DNA of 64,000 bases from Octopus sinensis (Eukaryota). Positions within the stretch are counted from its first letter, which is position 1; every line of letters begins with the position of its first letter. Below are positions 35,791 to 49,328 of this stretch, piece after piece. The DNA lies in NCBI RefSeq assembly GCF_006345805.1, contig NC_043025.1, positions 15,376,001 to 15,440,000 of the forward strand. The letters are read 5' to 3'. The notes beneath the pieces were generated by a model. That model saw only the letters and a program-made list of their open reading frames with translations, was not told the DNA's origin and did no database searches. The position numbers and the translations under genes are program-made.

Positions 35791-36774
35791 TTGCATTTGG
35801 AGCGTCATATTTGCTATACCATGACATACATAAGCGCATGTTAGTGATGTGAATGGGGCAGTTTGTTAGTGTGCAGGGCTGTTGTACTGCAGGTGACCAC
35901 CTCGTTGATTAGTGTTTGCATAGAGATGGTACCTGTACAAACATCTTATCAATGAACTGCACTCTCTTATCAAGAATGGAGTACACAAAATCAAGACATC
36001 AGACTATATTTGGATGAAAACGAGTTAACAAATAAGTGGAAATTTTACCGGTGAGTGTGTTAAATTATAAGGCACTAAAAGAGAATGACTCTCCCCAGAC
36101 ACAACAGAATATGCTTCAAGACACAAACTCACATAAAGAATCTTGCAAACCAAATCCAAAAACGAAATATATGTATATATATATGTAGGATGTATCATCA
36201 TTTAATGTCCGTGTTTCATGCTAGCAGGGGTGGAATGGTACCACAAGAGCTGGCCAGGCTGAAGCCTGCACCAGACTTCTGTGACTGTTTTGGCAAGGTT
36301 TTTACAGCTGGATGCCCTTCCGAAAACCAACCACTTCACAGTGTGAACTGGATGCTTTTAAGTGGCCCCTGCACTGACAGGGTCACCAAATTCTTGCAAG
36401 GGATATCTTTAGAAACAACAGTCTCACAGATAGTGAAATAACCAGCAGAAAACGACCTAAATGTAAGACAAAGGAAAAGAAGAATCAAAAAGAGAAACCC
36501 TCCACAAGTCTAAATCAGCTTGTTTGCTACGGGGCCACATATTTTGTTCCCACTCACCAACCACATGTAAAAGGCACCATCCGATCGTGGCCATTTGCCA
36601 GCCCCGTCTGGCACATAAAAAGCACCCACTACACTCACAGAGTGGTTGGCATTAGGAAGGGCATCCAGTCGTAGAAACACTGCCAGATCAGACTGGGCCT
36701 GGTGCAGCCTTCTGGCTTCCCAGACCCCAGTTGAACCGTCCAACCCATGCCAGCATGGAAAGCGGACGTTAAAC

Positions 36775-37760
36775 AATGCTGATTGATTCCACCTTCTTTG
36801 CAACCACAGTTGCCACACTTCCATCCTGCTGTTCAACCTGGATATTACGCACGAACTCAAAAGCAAATTTTTTGCTCTCCTTCGTGATAGAATGAAGCTT
36901 CTTGAAATTACATGAGAAATTCTGAAAATATCCACTAATTTCAAGTGCCATGAATGCGGTCGGTTGTCAAAGGCCTTTTTATAATCAATCCATGTAGAAC
37001 TGAGATCTCTGTGTTTGTTATGATAGTTCTGAAGGTTTATACGATTGATTAGATCAATGCTTTTCAAACTTTTTGTTGGAGCGGAACCCCAAGGAAACAT
37101 TTCACTGGCCAGAGGAACCCCTGTGCAATAATTTAATTGTTCTATGCACACATATCTGCACAGGAGAATTAAAAATTACTGTCGATTTTAGCAGTTTTGT
37201 AACTTCTTGCGGAACCCTGGTTGAAAACCACTGGATTAGATGATCTTTGCATCTGTATGAGCCTCGTTGGCACCCTTCTTGTTCAGTGGAGAAATATCAA
37301 TCTGTTCCATAAATGCCTATATTTTCCGCATGTGGATGGACGTTAACATTTTATATTTGGTAGAGAGACAGGTTATGGGTTGACAGGTTTTTGGAAATTT
37401 GGTTTCATTATTGTTTTGAAGACAAGTAATACCTTTTGCTAATCAATCAGGTGTTTTCTTAGGATCTCTCATAATTCCATTGAACAGCTGAACTAACTTT
37501 ATGTGTGTGCACAGGAGTGACGTGAGCCAGAAATTTGGCACCCTGTCCTTAGACTCATAAACCTTAATGAGTATCATCTTCGGGGTTGCTTTTCTGATGT
37601 CTTCTCAAGCTTGTCCTAATAAATTTTGGTAGGGTCCTTCTGTGTGTCTCATCTAATCTGCATTTTCATTGTCTTTTTATCACTTTAAATATTTTTCCAA
37701 AAGTCAATAGGTTTTTGGAAATTTGGTTCCATTATTCTTTTGAAGAAGGCCAGTAATATA
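36775..37760 (-). mobile_element. R4/Dong-like non-LTR retrotransposon RT fragment
   Basis: FWKNI*SD; KGCQRGSYRCKDHLI; RDLSSTWIDYKKAFDNRPHSW, motifs typical of R4/Dong RTs. Confidence 0.7.
37055..37233. mobile_element. hAT (Charlie-like) MITE nested in the R4/Dong RT
   Basis: TIRs CAATGCTTTTCAAAC / GGTTGAAAACCACTG; perfect 8-bp TSD GATTAGAT; removing it rejoins the RT motif. Confidence 0.85.
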
Positions 37761-38069
37761 AGGATGTCATCTTTCATTGGGTTGTGTCCCCTCAGCATCA
37801 TTGTGGTTGTCATCCTTTAACGTTCGTGTTCCATGTTGTCATGGGTTGGAGGGTTCGACATGGCCTGTTGTGGCAATGTTTCTCCTGCTGAATGCCCTTC
37901 CTAACACCAACCACTTTACAAAGTGTGCTGGATGCTTTTCACGTGCCACCTGTACAGGTGTGTTTAGGCAGCACCAACTAGGGGGAATTTTATGTGGCAC
38001 CGGTACCTGCAAAGGACAGGACTGTATGTACAAAGACAGAGATTTTACTTTGCTTGATGTGTCATTTCA

Positions 38070-39285
38070 AATCATCATCATCATCATCATCATCATCGTT
38101 TAACATCCGCTTTCCATGCTAGCATGGGTTGGACGGTTCGACCGGGGATCTGGGAAGCCAGAAGGCTTTACCAGGCTCCAGTCTGAGCTGGCAATGTTTC
38201 TACAGCTGGATGCCCTTCCTAAACGCAAACCACTCCGTGAGTGTAGTGGGTGCTTTTTACGTGCCAGGCGAGGCTGCCAATGGCCACGATTGGATTGGTG
38301 CATTTTACGTGCCACTGGCACGGAAGCCAGTCAAGGTGGCGCTGGCATTGGCCATGATCGGATGGTGCTTTTTACGTGCCACCGGCACAGAAGCCAGTCT
38401 AGGCACTGGCATCGGCCACGTTCGGATGAAGGCCACGTTCAGATGTCGGCCACAGCTGAACTCATCCATACGCATCACATGACCCAACGAGCACAGTCTC
38501 TTCTATTGCACACTGCATCTGATGCTGCATATACCCAGTTTTCCTCTTAAATCATTTACACTCGCTCGTGCATGTGCGCTGACATTATCCATCCAGTGGA
38601 GCATGTAACCTTCATTTCTTTCAAATCTTCACAAGTCCTCTGTAGTCAAAGCCCATGTTTCACTGCCATGTAACACAGCTGTACGTACACAGCCATCATA
38701 GCTGTACGTACACAGCCATCATAGCTGTACGTACACAGGCATCATAGCTGTACGTACACAGGCATCATACAATCTGCCTTTTACTCCGAGGGAGGGGCCC
38801 TCGCTTGCAAACAAAGGCAGAAACTCCCTGAACTTTGCCAAGCCCATTCTCCTTGTAGCAACTACACTTTCAGAAGTTCGTCTACCACTGCAAACTTGGT
38901 ATGCTGGGTAACAGAAGCTATCTACTACTTCTAATGATCTCCCCAAACACTTGAGGGAGTCTATTGTCTGTGCATTTTTAGTACTCATTTTACCCACATA
39001 TTTCACTCACACAAAGACCATTTTCTCCGTTAATCTTCCTGCGATAGCACTACACCTCTTATGTGTGCAAAGCTTGCACTGGGTGCAACGTATGGAGTTC
39101 CTACCAACACCCTTATTACATATCGAGCAGGTCACATATTCTTTAGTCAGAATATGTATAACTGTCTTAGGCTCAATATCTGAAGATCATTTCTCACCAT
39201 TTCATCCCCATCTTCCTGGGGTTCTCCCTCCATTTAGCACCTCTTTATGCAGCTGCCCTCTCATTCACATACATCACATGTTCTT
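38070..39285 (-). mobile_element. RTE LINE fragment (RT C-terminus plus 3' UTR) with an internal 23-bp tandem repeat of about 4 copies (38680-38770)
   Basis: LEVVDSFCY...KFREFLPLFASEGPSLGVKGRLYDACVRTAM; repeated CACAGCCATCATAGCTGTACGTA. Confidence 0.88.
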
Positions 39286-39759
39286 ACCAGCACCATCCGA
39301 TCATGGCCGTTTGCCAGCCTCATCTGGCACCTATGCAGGTGGCACATTAAAAAGCACCCACTACACTCACGGAGTGGTTGGTGTTAGGAAGGGCATCTAG
39401 CTGTAGAAACTCTGCCAGATCAGATTGGAGCCTGGTGCAGCCTCCTGGCTTCCCAGACCCCAGTTGTACCGTCCAACCCATGCCAGCATGGAAAATGGAC
39501 ACTACATCTGATGCCTCTTCTACCCAATGTTTCTCTTCTGTAATGGATCCAAGCCAGATCTTATTCTATGTCCTCACACTTGCTGGTAAATAAGTTTTCA
39601 CCCTGTTGAGAGCCTCCACATTGATGGAGGGGACATCACAGAAAGGGTTGGAAACTTTAGTTGGATGCATTGATGAGGTTTGATAGCAATATGCTAAATT
39701 CCTGAGAACCAGTTTTTTCTTCTTTTTCTTTTTGTACCAATTCAGAGATGCAGCACGGA

Positions 39760-40176
39760 TTTTTGTCAGTGAACAGGTCGCGGTCTTAACCCTTTCGTTA
39801 CTGTATTTCTGTTGAGATGCTCTCTGTTTCTTTCAATTACTTTAAATATAACAAAGAATTTTAGTAAAATAATATCGTTATAATTAAGCTAGTGTTAGGA
39901 ACATAAATTGTGACTAAGGTTAGGTGGAAGATTTTAATTCAGGACTTATGAAAACAAGACATTTGTATTACAAAGCCAGAGCCTGTTTCAGCTGGGTTGG
40001 TATCAAGAGGGTTAAAGCGACGAAAATATTTTGACAAATTAAACTTAAATGTTGAAGTGAATCGAACGGCTTTTGTGTGTTTCTTAAATGGCTTACAAAC
40101 ACCTTCCATGCTGCAATTGCTTTCGTTTCAGCACATGATCTCAGATCAAATCATTTGCTATGCGAGTACATCTCCG
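39760..40176. mobile_element. Long-TIR element copy carrying a piggyBac-type MITE (39790-40011) at its TTAA site
   Basis: Flanks match 8680-8810, where the TTAA is empty; TTAA is duplicated at 39786 and 40012. Confidence 0.88.
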
Positions 40177-40604
40177 TAATTCAGATATTTTTATTTTGCA
40201 ATAATGTGTAGATGAATCGTTATATGTAGTGAATGAAGTTTTGTGCAAGGTTACAGTGTTTTAGGGCCCCTGTTATCATTTTCTGTTTGGCCTGTGTAGA
40301 ACTAATCATTGCTCATCTGGAAAGAAAGCTGCTTTATTAAGAAAGATGAATGACATTGGAAGGTCTTCAAATATTTCCTGAATCAGATAACATTCTGCTG
40401 AACTGCGATGTGGGGAGTTAGAATTAACGATTATCAGCAGAAACATTTAACAACGAGAGCAGGCATATGTTTTGGAATTAAGTAAAAGAGGAGACGGATG
40501 TTGGTTTGTGAGGTTGAGAGGTGAGAGGAGAATGACTTGTCAGATTTGGCACAAATATATGAAAGGAAAGCTTAAATTAATAGACCAAAGGCGTTCATCA
40601 TCAT

Positions 40605-41600
40605 CATCGTTTAACGTCCGCTTTCCATGCTGGCATGGGTTGGACGGTACAACTGGGGTCTGGGAAGCCAGATGGCTGCACCAGGCCCCAATCTGATCTG
40701 GCAGTATTTCTACAGCTGGATGCCCTTCCTAATGCCAACCACTCCATGAGTGTAGTGGGTGCTTTTTACGTGCCACCTGCACAGGTGCCAGCCAAGGCTG
40801 GCAAACGGCCATGATCGGATGGTGCTTTTTACGTGTCACCGGCACGGGGGCCAGACGAGGCTGGCAACGGCCACAATCAGATGGTGCTTTTTACGTGCCA
40901 CCGGCACAGAGGCCAGTCGGGGCAGCGCTGGCAACAGCCACGTTCAGATGGTTCTCTTATGTGTCACCGGCACTGGTATCACAGCTACAATTTCCATTGA
41001 TGTTGATCGATTTCGATTTTGATTTATTAATTGATAATTAAATGAGATAATAGGAACGTTGTTAGATTATGTAGGATATCTTACAAGAGAGAGGAGATGT
41101 AGGAGGGTCAGTCTATTTGGTTAAATATTGGGTTATTACATGGTACCAGTAGAGAAAGCAAAAAGATGTGGACCAAAAACATAGCAGTCACCAGTTGACC
41201 ATTGATGAGAAGATTGTCTCACAATAATAAAATGTAAATTATTCATCATCGTCATCGTTTAATGTCCGTTTACCATGCTGGCATGGGTTGGATGGTTTGA
41301 CTGGGGTCTGGGAAGCTAGGAGGCTGCACCAGGCCCCAATATGATCTGGCAGTGTTTCTACTGCTGGATGCCCTTCCTAATGCCAACTACTCCAAGAGTG
41401 TAGTGGGTGCTTTTTACGTGCCACCATCACAGGGACCAGAGGAGCTGGCATCAACCACAACTGGATGGTGCTTTTTACGTGCCACCAGCATGGAAGCCAG
41501 TCAAAGCAGCCCTGGCATTGGCCATGTTTGGATGGTGTTTTTTACGTGCTACCGGAAGCGGGGGCTCACAACTACAATTTCCATTTGATTTGATTTTGAT
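40605..41600 (-). mobile_element. Two RTE 3' UTR copies (40605-41025 and 41225-41600) with unit arrays
   Basis: (CAT)n tails and GGTGCTTTTTACGTGCCACC units. Confidence 0.85.
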
Positions 41601-42320
41601 ATTGCTGATGTTGGTTAAAAAGAGACGATGAGTGATGGCTGGAAGTATATTGAGTTCTTCATAACCAGCTGATCTAGCAAGCGGGGCCTCATATCAGTGA
41701 GGGGGGCCGGTGCGCATTGATGCCGTCGAGAGGTAGGCCTCAAAACAGCGCGCATTCTCTCCTGATGACCCATACACTTGCTAGCTTCCGGTATACGGAG
41801 CTTTTAACTGGTAGCACTTGCATGTGCAAGTTGTTTGCAAGACATACATTGTAAAACTCGGAAATAGTTATTTCAGAGACCCCCAAGTCAGTGAACAAGT
41901 ACTTCCAGACAGTGGCACCTACTTCAGAAAGTAAATCACAGCAAGTTGATGAGTGTTAAATAACTAATTGATTTCTATAAAGTTTATCTTCACCTGAACC
42001 ATATTGTTTGTCAGAACGTCTGCGACCAGGTTCCATTCTTACATTTCAATTGAAACGTTTTGTGGTAAACTAATTCTGTTAAAGATATCGATATTACTGA
42101 AATTTCATAAATTATCCACTGAGGTTTGAATGGTGGGTAAAATGGATAAATTAGAAGAAACAATAGATTTGTAGTGGTTCAGGTGTATCCGAATGTGTTG
42201 AGGTAAACAAATGCGATAGGTATGTGGATACCTTCAAAGTGAATAATCGAATGACATTGATTTATAGTTTAAACAATTTATTTACTGGACTTGCAATTGC
42301 TGTTGGTGTACACAACTTTT

Positions 42321-42744
42321 GGATCTTTTCGGTTTGAATGGCAGTTTTTTCTAGCAGTGACATATGAAATTGTCACCCATAATTATGACCCTAGTATTGA
42401 TCTATTGCATTTCAATCTGTTTTAAGGTTAGGGTTAGTTAGGTTTAGGGTTAGGGGAAGGGTATCTTTTTTTCTTCAGAAATGTAAATAAACCCAATCTG
42501 TTTCTTAAACGAGGGACATATTCATATGGCACAGAATGTTTTCACCTCGTTAGACGTCATTGATTGGTTGAAATTGCAGAAATTTAAGAAAAAAACAACA
42601 AATATCTTACAAACTATAGAATTTTCTCAATAAAGCCAAGAGAAAAAGGTGTTTTATAAACACATTCTACCAGTATACGAAGTTTAAAAGTGTTTAGTTA
42701 CCTAGAAATTATGTTAAAAACTGCCGTTCAAACGGAAAAGATCC
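42321..42744 (-). mobile_element. GGATC-ended MITE, monomer, reverse orientation
   Basis: TIRs; TSD CAACTTTT/CAATTTTT. Confidence 0.92.
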
Positions 42745-43019
42745 CAATTTTTCACTACATTAATTTGTTGTCAACTGCTGCAAGTTGAGAGGAATAAAAA
42801 GAGGGTCCATCTGTGGATGTGATATGGTAGAACTGAATGTTTTTTTGTCTGTGCGTCGTTCATCTGAGAAAGTAGTCAGTGATCTCGTGAGTTGTCTCTT
42901 TGTCCAGAGCCTTTCTGCCTGTCCCTTGGCTGACCACAGTGTTTATAACAGCCATGGCAGTTAGAAGGACAGACATACTGCAGGAGGGATTGTGTCTAAT
43001 TAGGTCAGCTCCTCCTCAT

Positions 43020-43975
43020 TAAGGAAAATTAACTGAGAAGATAGCTTTCGTGTGCAGCAGATGAACAGGGCAATAGATACCACAGATACTCAGAAAACAG
43101 ATTGCATTACACTCCTGGGGGAGAAACTAGAAGTAGTTGATAGTTTCCGCTACCTGGGTGACCAAGTTAGTAGCAGGGGTGGATGTTCAGAGAGCGTTAC
43201 CACTAGAATAAGAATAGCCTGGGCAAAGTTTAGAAAGCTTCTTCCCCTACTGGTGACAAAGGGTCTCTCACTCACAGTGAAAGGTAGATTGTAGGACACA
43301 TGTGTGCAAACTGCCATGCTTCACGGCAGTGAAACACGGACCATGATTGCGGAGGACATGTGTAGGTTCGAAAGAAATGAAGCTAGCATGATCCGCTGGA
43401 TGTGTAATGTCAGTGTGCACACATGACAGATTGTAAGCGCCCTGAGAGAAATGTTGGACATAAGAAGCATTGGATGTGGTGTGCAAGAGAGACATTTGCG
43501 CTGGTATGGTCATGTACTGTGGATGGATGAGGAGAGATGTGTGAAGAAGTGCCACTCCCAAACTGTTGAAGGAATCCTGGGTAGAGGTAGACCCAGGAAG
43601 ACATGGGATGAGGTGGTCAAGCATGACCTTCGTACATTGGGCCTCACAGAGGCTATGACGAAAAACTGAGACCTCTGAGATATGCTGTGACTTTGAAGAC
43701 CTGACAAATGAAGTGAGTTCATGGCTTGCAGGACTGCCTGCTGCGCTGACCTTGGATCGTAGAGTGACCCACTGTTCTTGAGGAGATCTATTGAGTCAAG
43801 TACATCAACACCAACATCAAAATGAAAATCGAATGGAAATTGTAGTTCAGATACCCGTGCCAGTGCCGCCTGACTGGCATCCGTGTCGGTGACACATAAA
43901 AGCACCAACCGATCATGGCCGTTTGCCAGCCTCTTCTGGCCCCTGTGCTGGTGGCACGTAAAAAGCTCCCACTAC
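43020..43975 (+). mobile_element. RTE LINE RT C-terminus plus partial 3' UTR
   Basis: LEVVDSFRYLGDQVSSRGGCSESVTTRIRIAWAKFRKLLP...HLRWYGHVL...GRPRKTWDEVVKHDL. Further 3' ends at 44320-44765 (+) and 44765-45010 (-). Confidence 0.92.
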
Positions 43976-45561
43976 ACATGAAACAATGATGATGATATAC
44001 ATACATATATGAAAATGTATATACACATGCATATATGGGCACAGGACACCACAGAACGTAAACAACATGAAATATGAAATACAAAAACATGGAATACAAA
44101 CAAAAAACAAATGGAAAACCAGACAAGCAACATAAAATAAAACGACACTTCATCAGTTGTCGGCTGTTTTTCTACTTCGTACTTCAAGCAATTCACAAGA
44201 TATGTTTTTGACAAAACAGTTGCTCCCGCAAAGCAAATCAAATTTGGGATTTTTGCGGAGGGTCAAAGTTGGTAACAAAAACAGATATATCCTCATCGCC
44301 GGGCAAAATGCTGTGCTTGAGGAGACCCATTAAGTCAAGTAAAATCTAAAATCAAAACCAAAATCACAATCAGAATCGAAATCAAAAATGGCAATTGTAG
44401 TTGTGGCCGATGCCAGTGCCACATGACTGGCTCCCATGCTGGTGGCATGCAATAAGCACCAGTGATGTGTGGGTCGTTGCCAGTGTCACCTCACTGGCTC
44501 CCCATGCTGATGGTATGTAGAAAGCACCATCTGAATGTGGCTAATGCCACTTCCGCCTGACTGGCTCCCATGCCGGTGGCACGTAAAAAAGCACCCACTA
44601 CACTCTCAGAGTGGTTGGTGTTAGGAAGGGCATCCAGCTGTAGAAACTTTGCCAGATCAGACTGGAGCCTGGTGCAGCCTTCTGGCTTGCCAGACCGCAG
44701 TCGAACCGTCCAACTCATGCCAGCATGGAAAGCAGACATTAAATGATGATGATGCTGATGATGATGATCATCATTTAGCATCTCCCTTCCATGCTGACAT
44801 GGGTGGGGTAGTTTGACAGAAGCTGGCCAGGCGGGAGCCTGCACCAGACTTCTGTGTCTGTTTTGGCAGGATTTTTATGGCTGGATGCCCTTCCTAACAC
44901 CAACCTCTTTACAGTGTGGACTGAATGCTTTTTGTAAGTTTTGAACGATGCCCTCCCAAATGCCAACCATTTTACAGTGTGGACTGGGTGCTTTTTAAGT
45001 GACACCTTGCAAGACAAAAACATCTTTTGAGAGGGCGTTGGAGGAGTTGATCTTTTGTCAGTTGATGAAAGATTATAGTGAGACTGAGAGAGATGATGTT
45101 GACTGGATGTTTGATTTTTATTACTCAACCTGACACCCAAACACTTCGAAATGTTTGTATTGGAGCCTCCCATGTGAATGCCAAGCAGTACAGCATGTTG
45201 TTTTCAAATTTCTCACAGAGTGCTTTACGTCACGGTGCCCAACAGACCCTACTACACTGTGTAGTCGACAAAATAAAAAACAATGCACGTGCGCGATATT
45301 AAAAATATAAAATGGCGACAATTTACCCATCGCACCCTGTACCTATGTACATACATACAACTCGGTCGTTAATTGAACTCAGAACGCAAAGGGACGCAAC
45401 TTAACAACGCAAAGCATTTGTACTGATTGCCCTCTCCCAGTTTCCGTTTCTATGGTTACGAGGTTAAACATTCTCATAGAATTTCAGTCGCATTAAAATT
45501 ACTCCAGAAAGACGAAATGCAAGGTTGACGTCGGTTTTATGGGCATATATAAAATTTGTTG

Positions 45562-45966
45562 GGATCTTTTCGGTTTGACCGGCAGTTTTTTAAAATAATT
45601 TCTAGTTAACTAAACACTTTTAAACTTCGTATACTGGTAGAATGTGTTTATAAAACATCTTTTCTCTTGGCTTTATTGAGAAAATTCTATAGTTTGTAAG
45701 ATATTTGTTGTTTATTTTCTTCAATTTCTGCAATTTCAACCAATCAATGACGTCTATTGAGGTAAAAAACATTCTGTGCCGTATGAATATGTCCCTCGTT
45801 TAAGAAACAGATTGGGTTTATTTACATTTCTGAAGAAAAAAAGTTACCCCTAACCCTAACCCTAAAACAGATTGAAATGCAATAGATCGATACTAGGGTC
45901 ATAATTATGTGTAACAATTTCATATGACACCGCTAGAAAAACTGCCGGTCAAACCCGAAAAGATCC
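45562..45966 (+). mobile_element. GGATC-ended MITE, monomer
   Basis: TIRs; flanked by an 11-bp duplication AAAATTTGTTG. Confidence 0.92.
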
Positions 45967-46513
45967 AAAATTTGTTGTCCCATACCAGTTTCCTCATACG
46001 ATCTTTTGGTTACGCACATTTTTTAAATATGCAATTTGGCGGAAATGATTATGTAATGAGTGGCTGTGTGGTAAGAAGCTAGATTACCAACCACATGGTT
46101 CCAGGTTCAGTCCCACTGCGTGGCATCTTGGGCAAGTGTCTTCTGCTATAGCCTCAGGCCGACCAAAGCCTTGTGAGTGGATTTGGTAGACGGAAACTGA
46201 AAGAAGCCTGTCGTATATATGTATGTATATATGTATGTGTGTGTGTGTGTTTGTCCCCCTAGCATTGCTTGACAACCGATGCTGGTGTGTTTATGTCCCC
46301 GTTACTTAGCGGTTCGGCAAAAGAGACCGATAGAATAAGTACTGGGCTTACAAAGAATTAGTCCCGGAGTCGATTTGCTCGACTAAAGGCGGTGCTCCAG
46401 CATGGCCGCAGTCAAATGACTAAAACAAGTAAAAGAGTAAAGAATAAATATAAAAGCCTTCCCGCTATTTCGAAAAACTTTTATTGGAAGTTGCATCTTA
46501 AAATAATAGGATA

Positions 46514-46643
46514 GAGTCGTGACCAAGAGTTTGGAACATTTTCTTAAAAATTGAAATCGTTATTCCGAAGTACAATTCGACTCAAATATAACTTTGGGCA
46601 TTACAATTCTAAATTTCACACCAATGTTCCAAACTTCTGGCCA
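46514..46643. mobile_element. Tc1-like MITE remnant
   Basis: TA|GAGTCGTGACCAAGAGTTTGGAACATT ... AATGTTCCAAACTTCTGGCC inverted repeat. Confidence 0.45.
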
Positions 46644-46989
46644 ATTAATAATATATTGCAAGTTATATATAACATGGGGCGTTTAGAATAAAGAACTCTA
46701 ATCTTCGCACCCATGTTACAAACTGGTAACGACTTGTAAAGGAATAAACCCGGAGGGCAACGCATTAGGTGGATTCGAACTCAGAATGCTCGACAATTGG
46801 GCCAACGTTCTTAACGATTTGGCCAAATTACTCGCCTCGTTCAGTAATAAACTTGGAAGGAGGGATTTAATGACCGCAGGGCAGGAGGAAGATAAAACAT
46901 GACCCTACACATGATTTTAATTAGAAATCTTGTTTTCTTTTTTTTTGTATATATATATTTCATAGTCTGTAATTTTTTTTGTTAACCAC

Positions 46990-47130
46990 ACTACCGGAAA
47001 AATCCGTAGATGGCCGATAATGACCGGTTGACAAACGGAAATGGCCGGAACGGTTTTACGCTTAAGAGCCTGACGCCAGCTTCACCGCAAAGGAGGATCA
47101 CGGGAGCGAACGGCTGCTATTGTTTATTAT
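46990..47130 (+). promoter_or_regulatory. CpG-rich putative promoter/TSS region of the downstream zinc-finger gene
   Basis: Non-repeat, CpG-dense; two CCGGAA (ETS-like) sites and AAATGGC (YY1-like); lies upstream of a consensus splice donor. Confidence 0.55.
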
Positions 47131-47724
47131 TAGTTTAATAATATTTCAACAACAAACTCAATGCTTTGCGATGACGGCGAGGGATCGATTCCCGTTTTCT
47201 CCTCCACTCTGATTTTCCTTCTGTCTGTCTGTCTCCTGCCTTTACCTCACGTGCCCTTGCTCCCTCCCTCTCTTATTGTTGCCATCGCTTCCCCTTTTCT
47301 CTCTCCCTCTTTCTATTACCTTCTTGTTCTTGCTTTATCTCTCTTTTCCTTTCTCTTCTCTCTCTTTTCTTGTCTCCTCCTCCTCCACCTCTTTTTCATT
47401 GCTGTTGCTCTCTCTCTCTCTCTCCCTCATCTCTATTGTTTAACTGTTGCTTCTCTCTTTCTTTCCCTCCTTCCTCTCTCACTATTGCCAGGTAGCTGTT
47501 GCTCTCTCCCTCTCTCTCTCTCTTACCGTTTAGTCGTTGCTCTTTCCCTCTCTCTCACTCACTATTTTCCTCTCCCCCTCATCTCCTCCTCCACTGCTGG
47601 GAAGAGTACAACTCGTTTGTTAGCCAAGCACTCTCCCAATCGAAGGTATTTGTCATTCTCCTGTCACCCTCCCTCGCCCTCTCTCCCTTCCTCTCTCACT
47701 CGGCTGTGGAGTGCGAACTGACAG
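47130..47724 (+). other. Putative non-coding first exon with a long CT-rich leader (5' end approximate)
   Basis: Ends in a perfect donor CAG|GTAAGT at 47724/47725; the next strong acceptor with coding sequence is at 57724. Confidence 0.55.
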
Positions 47725-47989
47725 GTAAGTAAACAACTTGTTTACATTATATACACATAAATAAATAAATATATATATAGCTGGTTGTTTTGGGGGTGAA
47801 TGTTGTATGCAAGGCACATATTTACATAAATATATGTGTGTGTCTGTGTATAAATATATATATGCATTAATATATACATACATACATTTTATTGTGTGTA
47901 TATGTTACATGAATGCACAGATGTATGTTTATCAAAACGGTTCATACATTCATACGACTATACACATATGTTATATACACATGTATACC

Positions 47990-48143
47990 TCTCAAACCCA
48001 TATCTATCTATCCATCCATCCATCCATCTGTCTGTCTGTCTATCTATATATCTACATATATTTATATCTATCTATATATATATGTATGTATATACATATC
48101 AACATCTATCTATCCATCCATCCATCTATCTATCTATATATGT

Positions 48144-48174
<31 letters not shown>

Positions 48175-48600
48175 ACTATATATATATTTATGTCTATATA
48201 TATATGTATGTATATATATATATATATTACATCTATCTATCTATCTATCTATCTATCTATTAACTATATATATATTTATATCTATATATGTATGTATATA
48301 TATATATTTACATCTATCTATCTACTAACTATATATATATTTATATCTATATATGTATGTATGTATATATATTTACATCTATCTATCTACTAACTATATA
48401 TATATTTATATCTATATATGTATGTATATATATATATTTACATCTATCTATCTACTAACTATATATATATTTATATCTATATATGTATGTATGTATATAT
48501 ACATCTACATCTATGTATCTATCTACCTCTCTATCCATCCATCCATCTATCTATCAATCTATCTACCTATCCATCTATCCATCCTACATGTATACATTAA
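47990..48600. repeat. Compound (TATC)/(TA)/(TCCA) microsatellite with ~60-65-bp higher-order periodicity
   Basis: TTTACATCTATCTATCTACTAACTATATATATATTTATATCTATATATGTATGT recurs several times at 48190-48500. Confidence 0.9.
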
Positions 48601-48707
48601 CAGTACGCTATACGCATGATATATATACATAACGTGGTATATGTCCATATACACATGTGTGCACCACATTTATGGATTCAGGCTGGTGCGAAAGTGCATA
48701 TATATAT

Positions 48708-48742
<35 letters not shown>

Positions 48743-49289
48743 GCAAACACACATACAGAGACTGTGTAATGTAGGGTGGAATCTCATTATAGTTAGAGGA
48801 AACTGGTTTCGTTGGAGTCCCTACTCGGAGTTTCTCTCCTTCATCATTCTGTCCCGCGAGCACCTTGGAACAGAACAGTAAATATATACACCAAAGACAC
48901 ACAAACATATGTTAGATGCCTGTCAGCATCACTTACATCGGGACATAGACGACAATTCAAGGCTGTGTATAATAAATGTGTGTATATACATATGTACACT
49001 ATATATATAGGTTATCACATATATATATATTTTTGTTTTTCATGCCATACTATATATACATAATACACGCGCACACACCCTCTTACATACATCAATAAAA
49101 TATATCTGAGGTTTTATCTTCCCGCTTATATATACACGCTTTCAAGTGTATGTATAACAAAACTTACTCACAGACAGATATATATATATATATATATACC
49201 TATTTGCATTAAGTAATTAGACAAATTTTATGTTCATTTCATATACACACACATGTATATTCATATCCGTAAACATACATACACACACA

Positions 49290-49328
<39 letters not shown>

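Noticed and set aside
35221-35960. BEL/Pao gag-like remnant on the minus strand
   Set aside because: Resemblance is too weak with many stops; it needs a profile search.
44140-44230. Additional hammerhead candidates (also 56960-57020 and 41762)
   Set aside because: CTGATGA and GAAA are missing, altered or in the wrong order.
47161-47721. 186-aa hydrophobic ORF as a membrane protein
   Set aside because: The Leu/Ser/Phe/Pro content is the translation of a CT-rich tract; kept only as a possible uORF.
47807-48619. Long Y/I/L/S-rich ORFs (also 9088, 50393, 62207)
   Set aside because: These are translations of TA/TATC/CA microsatellites.
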